DNA of 64,000 nucleotides from Planctomycetota bacterium. GTDB lineage: Bacteria; Planctomycetota; UBA8108; SXIK01. Both the position numbers and the translations under genes were made by a program. A model generated the notes under the pieces. It was not told the DNA's origin. It did not search any database and worked only from the letters and a program-made list of their open reading frames with translations. The stretch covers positions 8,128,001 through 8,192,000 of the forward strand of contig OZ244999.1 of NCBI GenBank assembly GCA_965223265.1. The letters are read 5' to 3'. Positions 20,640 through 30,524 of this stretch are shown piece by piece (positions within the stretch are counted from its first letter, which is position 1; the number at the start of each line of letters is the position of its first letter).

Positions 20640-21683
20640 GTGAAAAATTCCGCTTCAGAGAGTTTCGCGGTTGCAGCCTGTCAGACTGATTTTCCTTGCC
20701 CGCGATCGAGACAAGAGATTGGTTCTCGCGTCGCTCACATGCTTCAGATGATCGACCACTCGGTCGTCGGCTACGAGCCGTTTTTTCCGGTGCGACTTGT
20801 CGTATTTCCTGAATTCGCCCACGCCGCCCCGGTTTATCCGACGGCCTCCGAGCTGCGGCAGCATCTCGCTGTCGAAATCCCGAACGAACACACGGAGCGC
20901 TACGTGGAGAAGGCCAAGGAGCTCGACGTCTACATCCAGACGGGCACGTTTCTCGAGGTCGATCCTGCCTGGCCCGGGGCGGTGTTCAACACAACGTGCC
21001 TGATTGGGCCCGACGGACTGCTTTCGCGCTACCGCAAAGTGAACCCATGGATCCCATGGGAGGTGCACGCGAGTCCACACGATCTGGAAGGCTACAACGA
21101 AGAGTTTTTTCCGGTGGTCGAAACCGAGATCGGCCGCCTCGGCGTGGCGATCTGCTACGACTGGCTTTTTCCCGAGGCGATGCGACAACTCACGGCCGCA
21201 GGAGCTGAAATCCTCATTCGCGTCTCAGCGTACATGGATCCATGGGGCGCCAAGGCGCCGATGGATTGGTGGACGGTGATCAACAGAGCACGAGCCATTG
21301 AGAACCTTGCCTACGTGGTGGCATCGAATCAGGGCGCACGGCTGAAGAATTATCCCCCGTTCTCTTGGCCCGGAGGTAGCATGATCGTCGATTTTGACGG
21401 TCGGATTCTTGCTCAGGCCGACGAAGGCGCCGGAGAGAAAATCGTTGTTGCCGAGGTCGACGTCGGCGCGCTGCGACGCGCCCGCCGGCAGCGCCGCGGT
21501 CACAACCACTTGGCTCACCTACGCTCGGAAGCGTACCCCGTGTACCGCCAGAAATACTATCCAGCTCACAGCTATCCAAGTGCTCGTGAGTCGGGGGGGG
21601 ACCGTCTCGTCGAGGACAACGACCAGCTGATCGGCGAAGTGCTCCAGCGCCATCCCTACAGGCCAGGCGGCGCCCAGTCGTAA
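20640..21683 (+). CDS. nitrilase / carbon-nitrogen hydrolase family protein
   Basis: Catalytic triad motifs VFPE, YRKV and ICYD; GGSMIVDFDG; GGAG RBS before GTG 20640. Confidence 0.9.
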   Translation: MKNSASESFAVAACQTDFPCPRSRQEIGSRVAHMLQMIDHSVVGYEPFFPVRLVVFPEFAHAAPVYPTASELRQHLAVEIPNEHTERYVEKAKELDVYIQTGTFLEVDPAWPGAVFNTTCLIGPDGLLSRYRKVNPWIPWEVHASPHDLEGYNEEFFPVVETEIGRLGVAICYDWLFPEAMRQLTAAGAEILIRVSAYMDPWGAKAPMDWWTVINRARAIENLAYVVASNQGARLKNYPPFSWPGGSMIVDFDGRILAQADEGAGEKIVVAEVDVGALRRARRQRRGHNHLAHLRSEAYPVYRQKYYPAHSYPSARESGGDRLVEDNDQLIGEVLQRHPYRPGGAQS

Positions 21684-21980
21684 CGCTCAGCGACGGCGAT
21701 AAGACGGGTGTTTTTTATTTTGCCAGCACCCGCGAAATTGTTAGCTTACCAGCCCGCTGACAAAGTCATTCGGCTTGAAGCGCCTTTCTCAGCGGAGTGG
21801 ACCAGCCGTCTGAATCCAAAGCAACGACTAGTGAGTGCCTGTGGCAGAGAATGACCAGGTCGTGACCTGCAGCCGCAGGCCCTTGCAGCAACGTGGCACG
21901 TCGCGCTTTCGCCCTCGCTCCTCGGTCGGCCTCGACTGCGGTACGCGGGCCATTCCGATCGCCCTGGGTTTCGCAGACCG

Positions 21981-23153
21981 ATGCGGATGAACATCGAAAA
22001 CCTACAAGAGGATCCGGAGTTTCGCTCGTGGCTTGAGCGCTTGATCGAGAACAAGGTTCGAGACGAGCTCGAGCGGCAGAACGCGCGCCGGTTTCTGAAT
22101 TCGTTCGCGCTCATCTCCGTCAGGCCGAACGATCCGCTCGCCAGTTCGATCGCGCGCAATCTGGGGAAGACGCTCGTGGACGCCGAGTTGCTGGTTTTCA
22201 GTGATGGCGAGAAGAAGACCGTCATCAAAGAGAACCTGCGTGGTAAGCATGTCTTTGTCATCGCGACGGTCGGCGAGGACGAGGATCCAGACGTCTCGTT
22301 CGCCAACACCTGCAAGTTCATCGCGACGCTGCACCGAACTTGCAAAGTGGCCAACATCAACCTCGTCTGTCCATGTCTGTGGTACCAAGCGCAGGACAAA
22401 ACCCACGCGCGGCGCGAGCCGGTCTCTGTGCGTGACGTCGCAGACGATCTGATTCGGCGCGGCATGAACCACATCATGGTCGTCGAACTCCACGCCGAAC
22501 AGATCGAGATCGCCTTCGACAGCTTTGACCATATGAAGATGTCGCCGCTCTTCGGGGACTACATCGGCCGCCGTTTTCAGGGCCGTCACGGAGAGCTTGT
22601 GCTGATCGCACCCGACGACGGTGGCGTGCGTACGCGCGAGGAGATCTACAAGAATCTGGACCCGCGTTTGATTGCTGGCCAGGCATCGGTTCACCAGCTC
22701 CGCAAGCGGCGTGTTGTCGATGAGAAGGAGTTGCTCGACTTCGTTGGTGTGGTCGACGGCAAGATCGGCGTGATTTTCGACGACATGATGCGCTCTGGAA
22801 CGACCATGTTTCAGGCGGCCTCGGCGGCGAAAACTGCTGGCGCGCACCGGGTGATCGGTCTCGCCGCGCACTTTTATGGAATCGACAGCGAGAAACACGG
22901 CTCGTTCGAGTCGCGGCTGGCTGAGTCCGATCTCGACGAGCTCGTGGTCGGCAACACGCGACCGGATGTCGAAGCACGAGTGCTCGCCAGCGAGTCGCTC
23001 AAGCAGAAGATGACGATTCTCGATGTGGCGCCGTATCTGGCGCGAACCATCCGCAACTACGAAACCGGCGGCACCATCAAGGACATGCTCGGCCGGCTCA
23101 CGGACAAGTCGGAACTCTACGGTTTGATCCACGAGGCGGCCTCTGCCCGCTAA
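21981..23153 (+). CDS. prs: ribose-phosphate pyrophosphokinase family protein (divergent)
   Basis: FSDGE, ENLRG, ELHAEQI, APDDGGV and PRPP loop DDMMRSGTT; several canonical residues are altered. Confidence 0.75.
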   Translation: MRMNIENLQEDPEFRSWLERLIENKVRDELERQNARRFLNSFALISVRPNDPLASSIARNLGKTLVDAELLVFSDGEKKTVIKENLRGKHVFVIATVGEDEDPDVSFANTCKFIATLHRTCKVANINLVCPCLWYQAQDKTHARREPVSVRDVADDLIRRGMNHIMVVELHAEQIEIAFDSFDHMKMSPLFGDYIGRRFQGRHGELVLIAPDDGGVRTREEIYKNLDPRLIAGQASVHQLRKRRVVDEKELLDFVGVVDGKIGVIFDDMMRSGTTMFQAASAAKTAGAHRVIGLAAHFYGIDSEKHGSFESRLAESDLDELVVGNTRPDVEARVLASESLKQKMTILDVAPYLARTIRNYETGGTIKDMLGRLTDKSELYGLIHEAASAR

Positions 23154-23421
23154 CGAGAGTTGGTAAGATGTGAGGGTGGGTCGCGCGCGGCGGCAGTTTT
23201 TGCTTGCGCCTCGGCGCGCCTCGTTGGTCTAATCGCTTTTGAGTCTGGGGAAAGCGGGTGAGGGATGACCCGTTTTGTCCTCGCAGTGGATCTCGCTTCG
23301 CAGCGAGAGGTGCTTTGACGCTCGGAGCACTCGTCGGGCCTGACTTTCTTTCTCAAGTTGCAGGATGAGAGAAGTACGGGCTCCTGTTCTCGTGCCTGCC
23401 TGGCCGTTGGAGGTTGACGTC

Positions 23422-25875
23422 ATGCGCCAACTTTTTGTTGCTAGCGTGTTTTTCTGTAGTGCGCTTTGCGGTGCGCTCGGGGCAACGGATCGAGTCGTCG
23501 ACATCGATCCGGAGCGTTGTCAGGCGTTGGCCGACGAGGCCTTCGCCAAGTGTGTCGAGTCAGGGAGTGACGTCGACTGCGAGGCCGTTCGCGCCGACAT
23601 TCTGGCGCGGTGTGAGCAAGTTGTCGACGAACCGCCGCCAACGGACGATTGTGAGGCGGCGTGCAAGCGCAAGGCCGAGGCTGCACGCCAGCTTTGCGCC
23701 GACGGTGGCGGCTCTGAAGAGATGTGTGCGGAAGTGTATGAGGCCGCACTGCGCGCGTGCCTACAGCACTGCGGCGACGAACCGACGTGCGAGGAGCGCT
23801 GCCGGCGTCTCGCCCACGAGGCGGTCGAGCGCTGCGTCGCCGAAGGCGGCTCTGAAGAACAGTGCCAGCTTGTCTACCGGCGGGTGCTCGAGGAATGCCT
23901 GCCGAAATGTTCGGATGAACCACCAACGTGCGAGCAGGTGTGTGAACGGCGTGCGGCCGAAGTCTTTCAGCGCTGCCTTGAGTCCGGCATGAGCCGAGAA
24001 GAGTGCGCAGCCAAAGCCGAGGCCGCGCTGCGTGAATGCCTTGGGACGTGTAACGACGACCCGCCACCGCCAGACGATTGCGAGGAGCGATGTCGCGCCC
24101 GTGCGGCCGAGCTTCGCGATCTTTGTATCGCGGGTGGTTTCAGCGAGCGCGAATGTCAGGTTGTCTTCGAGGCTGTACTCAGAGCGTGTCTACGGCGCTT
24201 CTGCGCGCCGGAACCGCCGACCTGCGAGCAGCGCTGCGCCAATCGCGCGCGGGAGTTTGCGGAGAAGTGCATCGCCGAGACGGGGGATGCGGAGGCATGT
24301 AAGGCGCGTGCGCGTCGCCTCCTGCGTCACTGCGTCGCCGGCTGCGATCCCCAAGACCCGCCGACGTGCGAGGACGGTTGTCGCCGCCGCGCGCGCCACT
24401 TCTTCGAGGAGTGTGTGAGCGAAGGTGGTGATCCTGAGGAATGTCGTGAGAAGGCCGCGGAGATCTTCGGCGAGTGTGTCGACCACTGCGACGATCCGCC
24501 ACGCCCCAGCTGCGGCGAGCGCTGTCTGGCCGGTGCGCGCGAGATTCTGGAGCGCTGCATTGCCGAAGGTGGTGATCCGGAAGAGTGCGGTGCGAGAGCG
24601 CGCCATTTCCTCCGTCGTTGCCGCCACGAGTGCGAGCATCCGGATCCGCCGACCTGCGAAGATCGTTGCGACATCTTGGCGCGCAAGGTGGTTGCCGAGT
24701 GTACCGCAGATGATGGGACGGTGTCGGAAGAGTGCGCCGAGCGAGGTCGCATCGCGCGTCAGCGGTGCCTGGAGGCATGCGACGAGCCACCTCCTGAGCC
24801 ACCAACCTGTGACGATCGCTGCGAACGACGAGCTCGCTACGCTCTTGAGTTGTGTATCGAGAATGGTGGCGATCCGGCCGAGTGCGAAGCGAAGGCCGCT
24901 GCGCTATTCGAGCGTTGCTCGAAGTTCTGCGATCATGGACCGCGTCGCCGCTGTGTGCGGCGTTGTCGTCACCTGGCCCGTAGCGTTTACAGCGAGTGCA
25001 TCGAAGCTGGTGGTGATGCCGATGCTTGTCGCGAGCGCGCTGGTGCGGTTCTCCGCGAGTGCGTCAGCACCAACTGTGTCCACCGTCCGCGACCGTGTCG
25101 CGTGCGTTGTGCGCGCCGTGTGCGCATCGAGTATGAGCGCTGTCGCGAGCGCGCTGTAGCTGCGATTCGCGAGTGTATCGCGGCTGGCGGCGATCCGGAG
25201 CGCTGCCGTCGCCGTGCATGGCGGCGTTGCAAGCGCCACGTAAACGAGTTGCTGGCGCGTTGCCTCGAGCACTGCCGTCCCGATGACGACGATGAGCCAC
25301 CGACCTGTGAGGAACGATGCCTCGCAGCAGCTGAGGACATTCGGAAGGAGTGTCACGAACGTGGTGGTACCGATGAGGAGTGCGACGGCGTGGTCGCCGA
25401 GTTCCTGGAACGTTGCGGCGAGCGCTGCGATGAGCCGGAACCGGATCCGTGCGATTTCGACTGCGAAGCTGCTGCCGGGCGCGCCCTCGAGCGTTGCCTG
25501 GACGAGGGCGGCGATCCGGAGCGTTGTGCAATACGCGCCGAGGATTTCCTCATGCAGTGTAAGGATCGTCTCGGTGAGCACTGCGACGTCGAGCGACTCG
25601 AGCTGCGACTCGAAATCCTCGAGTTCCAGCGCGGTGATGCCAACCTCGACGGTGGCGTCGATATCGCGGATGCGATTGGTGTCTTGACGGACCTCTTCGT
25701 CGGTACTCAGGTCATTCAGTGTGAGGATGCAGCTGACTCCGACGACAACGGTTCGATCGAAATCACCGACGCGATCCGTGTGCTTCTGCGTCTGTTCGTC
25801 GGCGGCGAGCCGCTTCCGGCTCCTTCGAGTGAGCCCGGATTCGACCCCACGGCGGACGACTTGTTCTGTGACTGA
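23422..25875 (+). CDS. secreted cysteine-rich tandem-repeat protein with C-terminal dockerin-like domain
   Basis: GGAGGT RBS, signal peptide, 14 repeats of about 47 aa with regular Cys spacing, then FQRGDANLDGGVDIAD...CEDAADSDDNGSIEITDA. Confidence 0.85.
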   Translation: MRQLFVASVFFCSALCGALGATDRVVDIDPERCQALADEAFAKCVESGSDVDCEAVRADILARCEQVVDEPPPTDDCEAACKRKAEAARQLCADGGGSEEMCAEVYEAALRACLQHCGDEPTCEERCRRLAHEAVERCVAEGGSEEQCQLVYRRVLEECLPKCSDEPPTCEQVCERRAAEVFQRCLESGMSREECAAKAEAALRECLGTCNDDPPPPDDCEERCRARAAELRDLCIAGGFSERECQVVFEAVLRACLRRFCAPEPPTCEQRCANRAREFAEKCIAETGDAEACKARARRLLRHCVAGCDPQDPPTCEDGCRRRARHFFEECVSEGGDPEECREKAAEIFGECVDHCDDPPRPSCGERCLAGAREILERCIAEGGDPEECGARARHFLRRCRHECEHPDPPTCEDRCDILARKVVAECTADDGTVSEECAERGRIARQRCLEACDEPPPEPPTCDDRCERRARYALELCIENGGDPAECEAKAAALFERCSKFCDHGPRRRCVRRCRHLARSVYSECIEAGGDADACRERAGAVLRECVSTNCVHRPRPCRVRCARRVRIEYERCRERAVAAIRECIAAGGDPERCRRRAWRRCKRHVNELLARCLEHCRPDDDDEPPTCEERCLAAAEDIRKECHERGGTDEECDGVVAEFLERCGERCDEPEPDPCDFDCEAAAGRALERCLDEGGDPERCAIRAEDFLMQCKDRLGEHCDVERLELRLEILEFQRGDANLDGGVDIADAIGVLTDLFVGTQVIQCEDAADSDDNGSIEITDAIRVLLRLFVGGEPLPAPSSEPGFDPTADDLFCD
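23518..25584 (+). repeat. intragenic tandem repeat, 14 units of about 140 bp (Cys-ladder motif)
   Basis: Consensus about PPTCEERCxxxAxExxERCIAEGGDPEECxxRAxxxLxxCxxxCDD, read from the translation. Confidence 0.9.
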
Positions 25876-25956
25876 CGGTGTTGTCGCGATGGGCCCTGGA
25901 TTCGTTTTGAATCCGGGCTCGTCGCGGTGATTTGATCCCGAAATCACGCTCCAACG

Positions 25957-25998
25957 AAAAAGGGCGGGAGGGCACAGCGCGCGCCCTCCCGCTTTTTT
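25957..25998. terminator. rho-independent terminator (potentially bidirectional)
   Basis: 10-bp stem GCGGGAGGGC/GCCCTCCCGC (25964-25992) followed by T6 and preceded by an A5 tract. Confidence 0.85.
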
Positions 25999-26337
25999 CA
26001 TTTGCTGTCGGCTTCGACAACGTGGGGCATCTCTCGGGACTCCTCCGTCTTCCTTCGCTGCGGCGGTGAGAGTGAGCTACTTCACTGCGAGCACGGCCGG
26101 CGATGCCGAAATTCCTTAGGCGATGGTTGCCAAGCGCGGCGGTTTTTTGCCGTCATTGCTTTGCAACATTGCGATCGATGCGGCAGAATCCGCCGACAAC
26201 GACGGTGACGGACCGGGACTCGCGGCTGTGACGGTTTTCATGTCGGGTTCGTGTCTTGTCGCTGGCCCGCATCGCGGCAGCAGCCGATTCCGCATGGACA
26301 TCCGGTTGCGTTGGCACAAGCCGAAGGAAAGGGAGTG

Positions 26338-28818
26338 ATGAGAGAAGTACGCATCGCCGAGGATCTCCACGAGCTCGCTGCGAATCTGTGGTGGACCTGG
26401 AACGAAGAGGCCGGTCAACTTTGGGACCGCGTCGCTCAGCAGTGGCCAGCGCGAAGCCGCGCTCGCCTGCGTGCGTCGCCTCCAGCGATGGCCCGCAGTC
26501 TGGACCGCGCTCGTCTGCGGCGATTGACGGCGAACGATGACTATCTGCGTTTTCACCGCCGGGTCATGGCTTCGCTGCGTCGCGCCGTGCGGCGACGTCC
26601 AGCCGTGGAGGGTTTGTCGCGATCGCGACCGATCGCGTACTTCTCTATGGAGTTCGGAGTTCACGAAAGTTTGCCGATCTTCGCGGGAGGACTCGGCATC
26701 CTCGCGGGCGACCACGCAAAGTCTGCGAGCGACCTCGGGCTGCCCATGGTCGGCATTGGCATGCTCTATCACCGGGGTTACTTTCGCCAGGAGCTTGACG
26801 GCACGCGGATGCGAGTGAAGTATTCGGCGCTCGATATCGAGAATGCGCCGCTCGAGAGAGTCCGCGGCCGGGATGGCAAGGAGCTTCGCGTCAGCGTTGA
26901 GCTTCCGGACGGCGTCGTCCGTGTGCGCGCCTGGCGTGCGCGCGTTGGTCAGGTGGATCTCTACTTGCTCGACACTGACGTCTCCGGCAATCGGCCGGCG
27001 CAGCGACGCATCAACAACTATCTTTACGGCGGCAGTCGTGAAGATCGGATTCGTCAAGAGCTGGTGGTCGGAATCGGTGGTGTGCGACTGCTTGCGGCGC
27101 TCGGGATCGAGCCGAGCGTCTGGCACATGAACGAAGGACATGTTGCGTTCTTGGCACTCGAAAGATTGCGCCGGATACGCCAGGGCACGAGGCTCGATGT
27201 GGTCGAAGCTCTGGAGGCCCTCGCCGCCGACACGGTGTTCACGACGCACACGCCGGTGCCGGAGGGCAATGAGACGTTCGACATGTCGCTTGTCCGCGGC
27301 TACGTCGAGAGCCACGCTGAAGCAGCAGGCCTGCCGGTTGACGAGTTTCTCGACATGGGTCTCGACGACACAGGCGAGCGGCCGATTTTCAGTATGACGG
27401 TGTTGGCACTGCGGCTGTCGCGTTTTCGTAACGGCGTGAGTGCCCTCCATGGGGAGGTCGCTCGCGGCATGTGGAGCTTTCTGTGGCCGGCGCTGCAGAC
27501 ACGTGAAGTGCCGATCGGCTCGGTGACGAACGGCGTCCATATGACGACTTGGGTGGCACCGCAGATGGCGTCGCTGTTCGATCGTCACGTCGGAGACGAT
27601 TGGCGGGAGCGACAAGCTGAGGCAAAACTCTGGAAACGCGCCGCGAAGATACCTGACGCCCAGCTCTGGACAGCCAAGCAGGAACTCAAAGGTGAGCTCA
27701 TCGGTTTTGTCCGCGAGCGCGAGCGAGCGCGGCTGGCGCGCGCTGGATGGAACGAGAAGCGGATCACGAAGCATGTCGACGGCCTACTACGACCAGACGC
27801 GCTCACGATTGGGTTCGCACGTCGTTTTGCGCTCTATAAGCGCTCGGCGCTGATTTTTCGCGACCTCAAACGTGCCGCGCGGCTCTTCGGTTCCGAGCGG
27901 CGGCCGCTGCAGATCATCTTCGCCGGCAAGCCCCACCCGGAAGACCCCGAGGGCAGGAAGGTTTTCGAGAAGGTGGCGCGCATCGCCGCTCGCAAGGAGT
28001 TCCGCGGCCGTGTTGTCCTTCTCGAGAACTACGACACAGAGGTGTGTCGCTACATGGTGCGCGGAGTCGACGTCTGGCTCAACAACCCGCGCCGACCGCT
28101 TGAGGCGAGTGGCACGAGCGGCGAGAAGGTACCGATCAACGGTGGCCTCAACGTCAGCATCCTCGATGGTTGGTGGTGCGAAGGCTATGCGCCAGAAACG
28201 GGATGGGCGTTCGGCAAGACGGAAGCCTATGACGATCTCGCGGTCCAAGACCGAGACGACGCTGCGGCGCTCTATAAGGTGCTCGAACGTGAGGTCATTC
28301 CGCTTTACTACGAACGGGACCGTCGCGATCTGCCGCGCGCTTGGATCAAGAAGCTCAAGAGCTCCATGGCGCGTTTGGTGCCAGCGTTCAGCAGTCATCG
28401 TATGGTGCTCGACTACGTGGAGCAGTACTATCTACCGGCGCAAGAGCAGGGGCGTGCGCTCCGTGCCGCGGGTGGCAAGTTGGCGCGGGAGCTCGCAGCT
28501 TGGCAAGACGACGTGTTTCGCAGCTTGCCACTCGTTCACTTTCGTAGCGGGAATCTGAGCCTGAACGGCGCGCTCGTCGTCGAGGTGTTTCTCGGTGGAC
28601 TCGACCCGCGCCGCCTGCGCTGCTGGGATGAGGACGGCCGTGACCACCGCGTCACCGTCGAACGCCGCGACGGTGCTGGGCTCTATCGGCTACGCATCGA
28701 GCGCCCAGCCGGCGTGACAAAGGGCGGCCGGAGGTGGAAGCTACGGCTCTTTCCGACGCACCCGAAGCTGCCGCAGCCGCAAGAGCTGGGTTTGGCGATC
28801 GATCTCGAGAGTTCGTAG
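26338..28818 (+). CDS. glgP: alpha-glucan (glycogen/starch) phosphorylase
   Basis: NLWWTW, AYFSMEFG, GGLGILAGDH, HMNEGH, FTTHTPV, TIGFARRFALYKR and PLP motif EASGTSGEK. Confidence 0.95.
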   Translation: MREVRIAEDLHELAANLWWTWNEEAGQLWDRVAQQWPARSRARLRASPPAMARSLDRARLRRLTANDDYLRFHRRVMASLRRAVRRRPAVEGLSRSRPIAYFSMEFGVHESLPIFAGGLGILAGDHAKSASDLGLPMVGIGMLYHRGYFRQELDGTRMRVKYSALDIENAPLERVRGRDGKELRVSVELPDGVVRVRAWRARVGQVDLYLLDTDVSGNRPAQRRINNYLYGGSREDRIRQELVVGIGGVRLLAALGIEPSVWHMNEGHVAFLALERLRRIRQGTRLDVVEALEALAADTVFTTHTPVPEGNETFDMSLVRGYVESHAEAAGLPVDEFLDMGLDDTGERPIFSMTVLALRLSRFRNGVSALHGEVARGMWSFLWPALQTREVPIGSVTNGVHMTTWVAPQMASLFDRHVGDDWRERQAEAKLWKRAAKIPDAQLWTAKQELKGELIGFVRERERARLARAGWNEKRITKHVDGLLRPDALTIGFARRFALYKRSALIFRDLKRAARLFGSERRPLQIIFAGKPHPEDPEGRKVFEKVARIAARKEFRGRVVLLENYDTEVCRYMVRGVDVWLNNPRRPLEASGTSGEKVPINGGLNVSILDGWWCEGYAPETGWAFGKTEAYDDLAVQDRDDAAALYKVLEREVIPLYYERDRRDLPRAWIKKLKSSMARLVPAFSSHRMVLDYVEQYYLPAQEQGRALRAAGGKLARELAAWQDDVFRSLPLVHFRSGNLSLNGALVVEVFLGGLDPRRLRCWDEDGRDHRVTVERRDGAGLYRLRIERPAGVTKGGRRWKLRLFPTHPKLPQPQELGLAIDLESS

Positions 28819-29012
28819 TCCGCCCGACGGCACTGGGAATGATCGGCAGTGGTTTGCGCGCGTGTGGTCGACGGTGTGCCCAGCCGGTGGTGCCCTCTAT
28901 CGCCACTCCTTTCCTGTTGTTGCGGAAGCGCAGCCCTTGGTGCGATGATTCCACCGCGCCTGTCGAGCGGGTGTTTCGTGCCCTAGGCTCATGCGCGATT
29001 GCGATTGCGTGC

Positions 29013-29123
<111 letters not shown>

Positions 29124-29246
29124 GGGAACGCGGGTCACCACGCCCCGAATCTGGTCGCCTGCTCTCGGCGGTGCGCTAAAGCGGGACGAATTCGAAACGA
29201 ACACCCAAAACCTTCAACCGGGCTTCGGATCCCGGAAGACTCGTCT

Positions 29247-30524
29247 TTAGCGCTTCGCGACTCGCCGGCCGCCGACGGAGACCAAGTGCTTCAGCGTGCG
29301 CACGTAGAGCTTGCCACTCGCGACCGCGGGCGTGCTGTGGCTCTCTTCCCCGAGAGGCGTTCGCCCCAGGAGCTCGAATGTGCCGGTCGCTGACACGACG
29401 ACGACTTCTCCCTCGTGCGTGACACAGAAGAGCCTGTCGTCGATGCAGACGGGTGAGCCGAAGTATCGGCCCCCGACGCGCTCCTGCCAGTGGATCTCGC
29501 CGCTCGCCGCGTCGACGCACGAGACGATGCCTTTGTCGCTCCAGAGAAAGAGAAACTTACCTTTGACGATTGGTGTCGGCACGTACGGCGCTGAGCGGCG
29601 GATTTTGTAGGCTAGCTTCGACTCGGTCACGTCGCCCGTGCCGCCGAGATGGACGGCGACAAGGTAGTTGCCTCCGCCGCCGGACCCAGTTGTGCCGATG
29701 ACCAGACCAGCGCCGAGAAGCGGTGACGACACCGTTCGCTTGTCGAACACCTTCGCTTCCCAAACGACTGCGCCGGTCATGACGTCGACGGCGGTGAATC
29801 CCCGCTTGTGGCTTGTGTAAAGCGCACGTGGATTGCCTTCGGGCGGTGTGTAGACGCACGGCGTGCCGTAGGAAGTGTGGCTGCTCTCTCGGTCGAGCCG
29901 CCAAAGCTGGTCGCCGGAGGCGGCATCGAACGCGGCGAGATAGCTCTCGTTCTGGACGTCTTTCGCCACGAGCACGCGACCCTGAAAAACGACCGGTGAA
30001 CTGCCGGCGGCGTGACGAGTTTGGTACGGTCCCAGATCTTTTGTCCACTTCTCCTCGCCAGCGTGGGAGAACGCGGTGAGCCAGCCGGCCTTCGAAGTGC
30101 CAAAGACGAAATAAACGCGCTCGGCGTCAACCGCAGCAGAATGGCTGGCGTAGCTACTGAAGTTGTGCTTCGCCTGGGCGTCGGTCTCCCAAGACTTCTC
30201 CCAGACGAGGTCGCCGTCAGCGGCGCGAAGACAAAACGCGATGCGCCGATTGCCGCCCTCGGCCGCACCAGTGAGGAAGAGGCGCCCTCCCCATTCGACC
30301 GGCTGCGAGTGCCCCTCGCCGGGCAGCTCCACGCGCCAGTTCTGCTCGAGCTCAGTCCAGCGGCTGGGGATTTCTGGACCGGTGGCAAGCCCGGAGCCGT
30401 TGGGGCCACGAAAGCGTGTCCACTCCTGCGCGCTGGCGGCTGCGCCCGGCAGTGACGAGGCGGCGATCGCAAGAAAGGTGGCTGCCAAGAAGAGCGGGGA
30501 AAAGGCGTTGAAACGACTGGACAT
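29247..30524 (-). CDS. PQQ-like beta-propeller repeat protein (BamB-like, planctomycete type)
   Basis: Signal peptide, WTRFRGPNGSG, WRVELPGEGHSQP and repeated AFDAASGDQLW / CVDAASGEIHW blades; GGGAG RBS. The ORF-track extension to 31043 is spurious. Confidence 0.9.
   Translation of the reverse strand: MSSRFNAFSPLFLAATFLAIAASSLPGAAASAQEWTRFRGPNGSGLATGPEIPSRWTELEQNWRVELPGEGHSQPVEWGGRLFLTGAAEGGNRRIAFCLRAADGDLVWEKSWETDAQAKHNFSSYASHSAAVDAERVYFVFGTSKAGWLTAFSHAGEEKWTKDLGPYQTRHAAGSSPVVFQGRVLVAKDVQNESYLAAFDAASGDQLWRLDRESSHTSYGTPCVYTPPEGNPRALYTSHKRGFTAVDVMTGAVVWEAKVFDKRTVSSPLLGAGLVIGTTGSGGGGNYLVAVHLGGTGDVTESKLAYKIRRSAPYVPTPIVKGKFLFLWSDKGIVSCVDAASGEIHWQERVGGRYFGSPVCIDDRLFCVTHEGEVVVVSATGTFELLGRTPLGEESHSTPAVASGKLYVRTLKHLVSVGGRRVAKR

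Noticed and set aside
21593-21600. G8 tract in the nitrilase gene
   Set aside because: It lies near the 3' end beyond the catalytic domain, so slippage would have little effect.
21705-21732. Hairpin CGGGTGTT...AGCACCCG after the nitrilase gene
   Set aside because: The T-run is in the loop rather than after the stem, so it is not a convincing intrinsic terminator.
23518-25584. Multiheme cytochrome or metallothionein interpretation of the Cys-rich protein
   Set aside because: There are no CxxCH motifs or CC/CxC clusters; the signal peptide and even Cys number per repeat favour disulfides.
26116-27774. Long antisense ORF of 552 aa (likewise 85-1269, 8983-9975, 22002-23132 and 33658-35034)
   Set aside because: Shadow ORFs opposite well-supported genes, as expected from high-GC codon bias.
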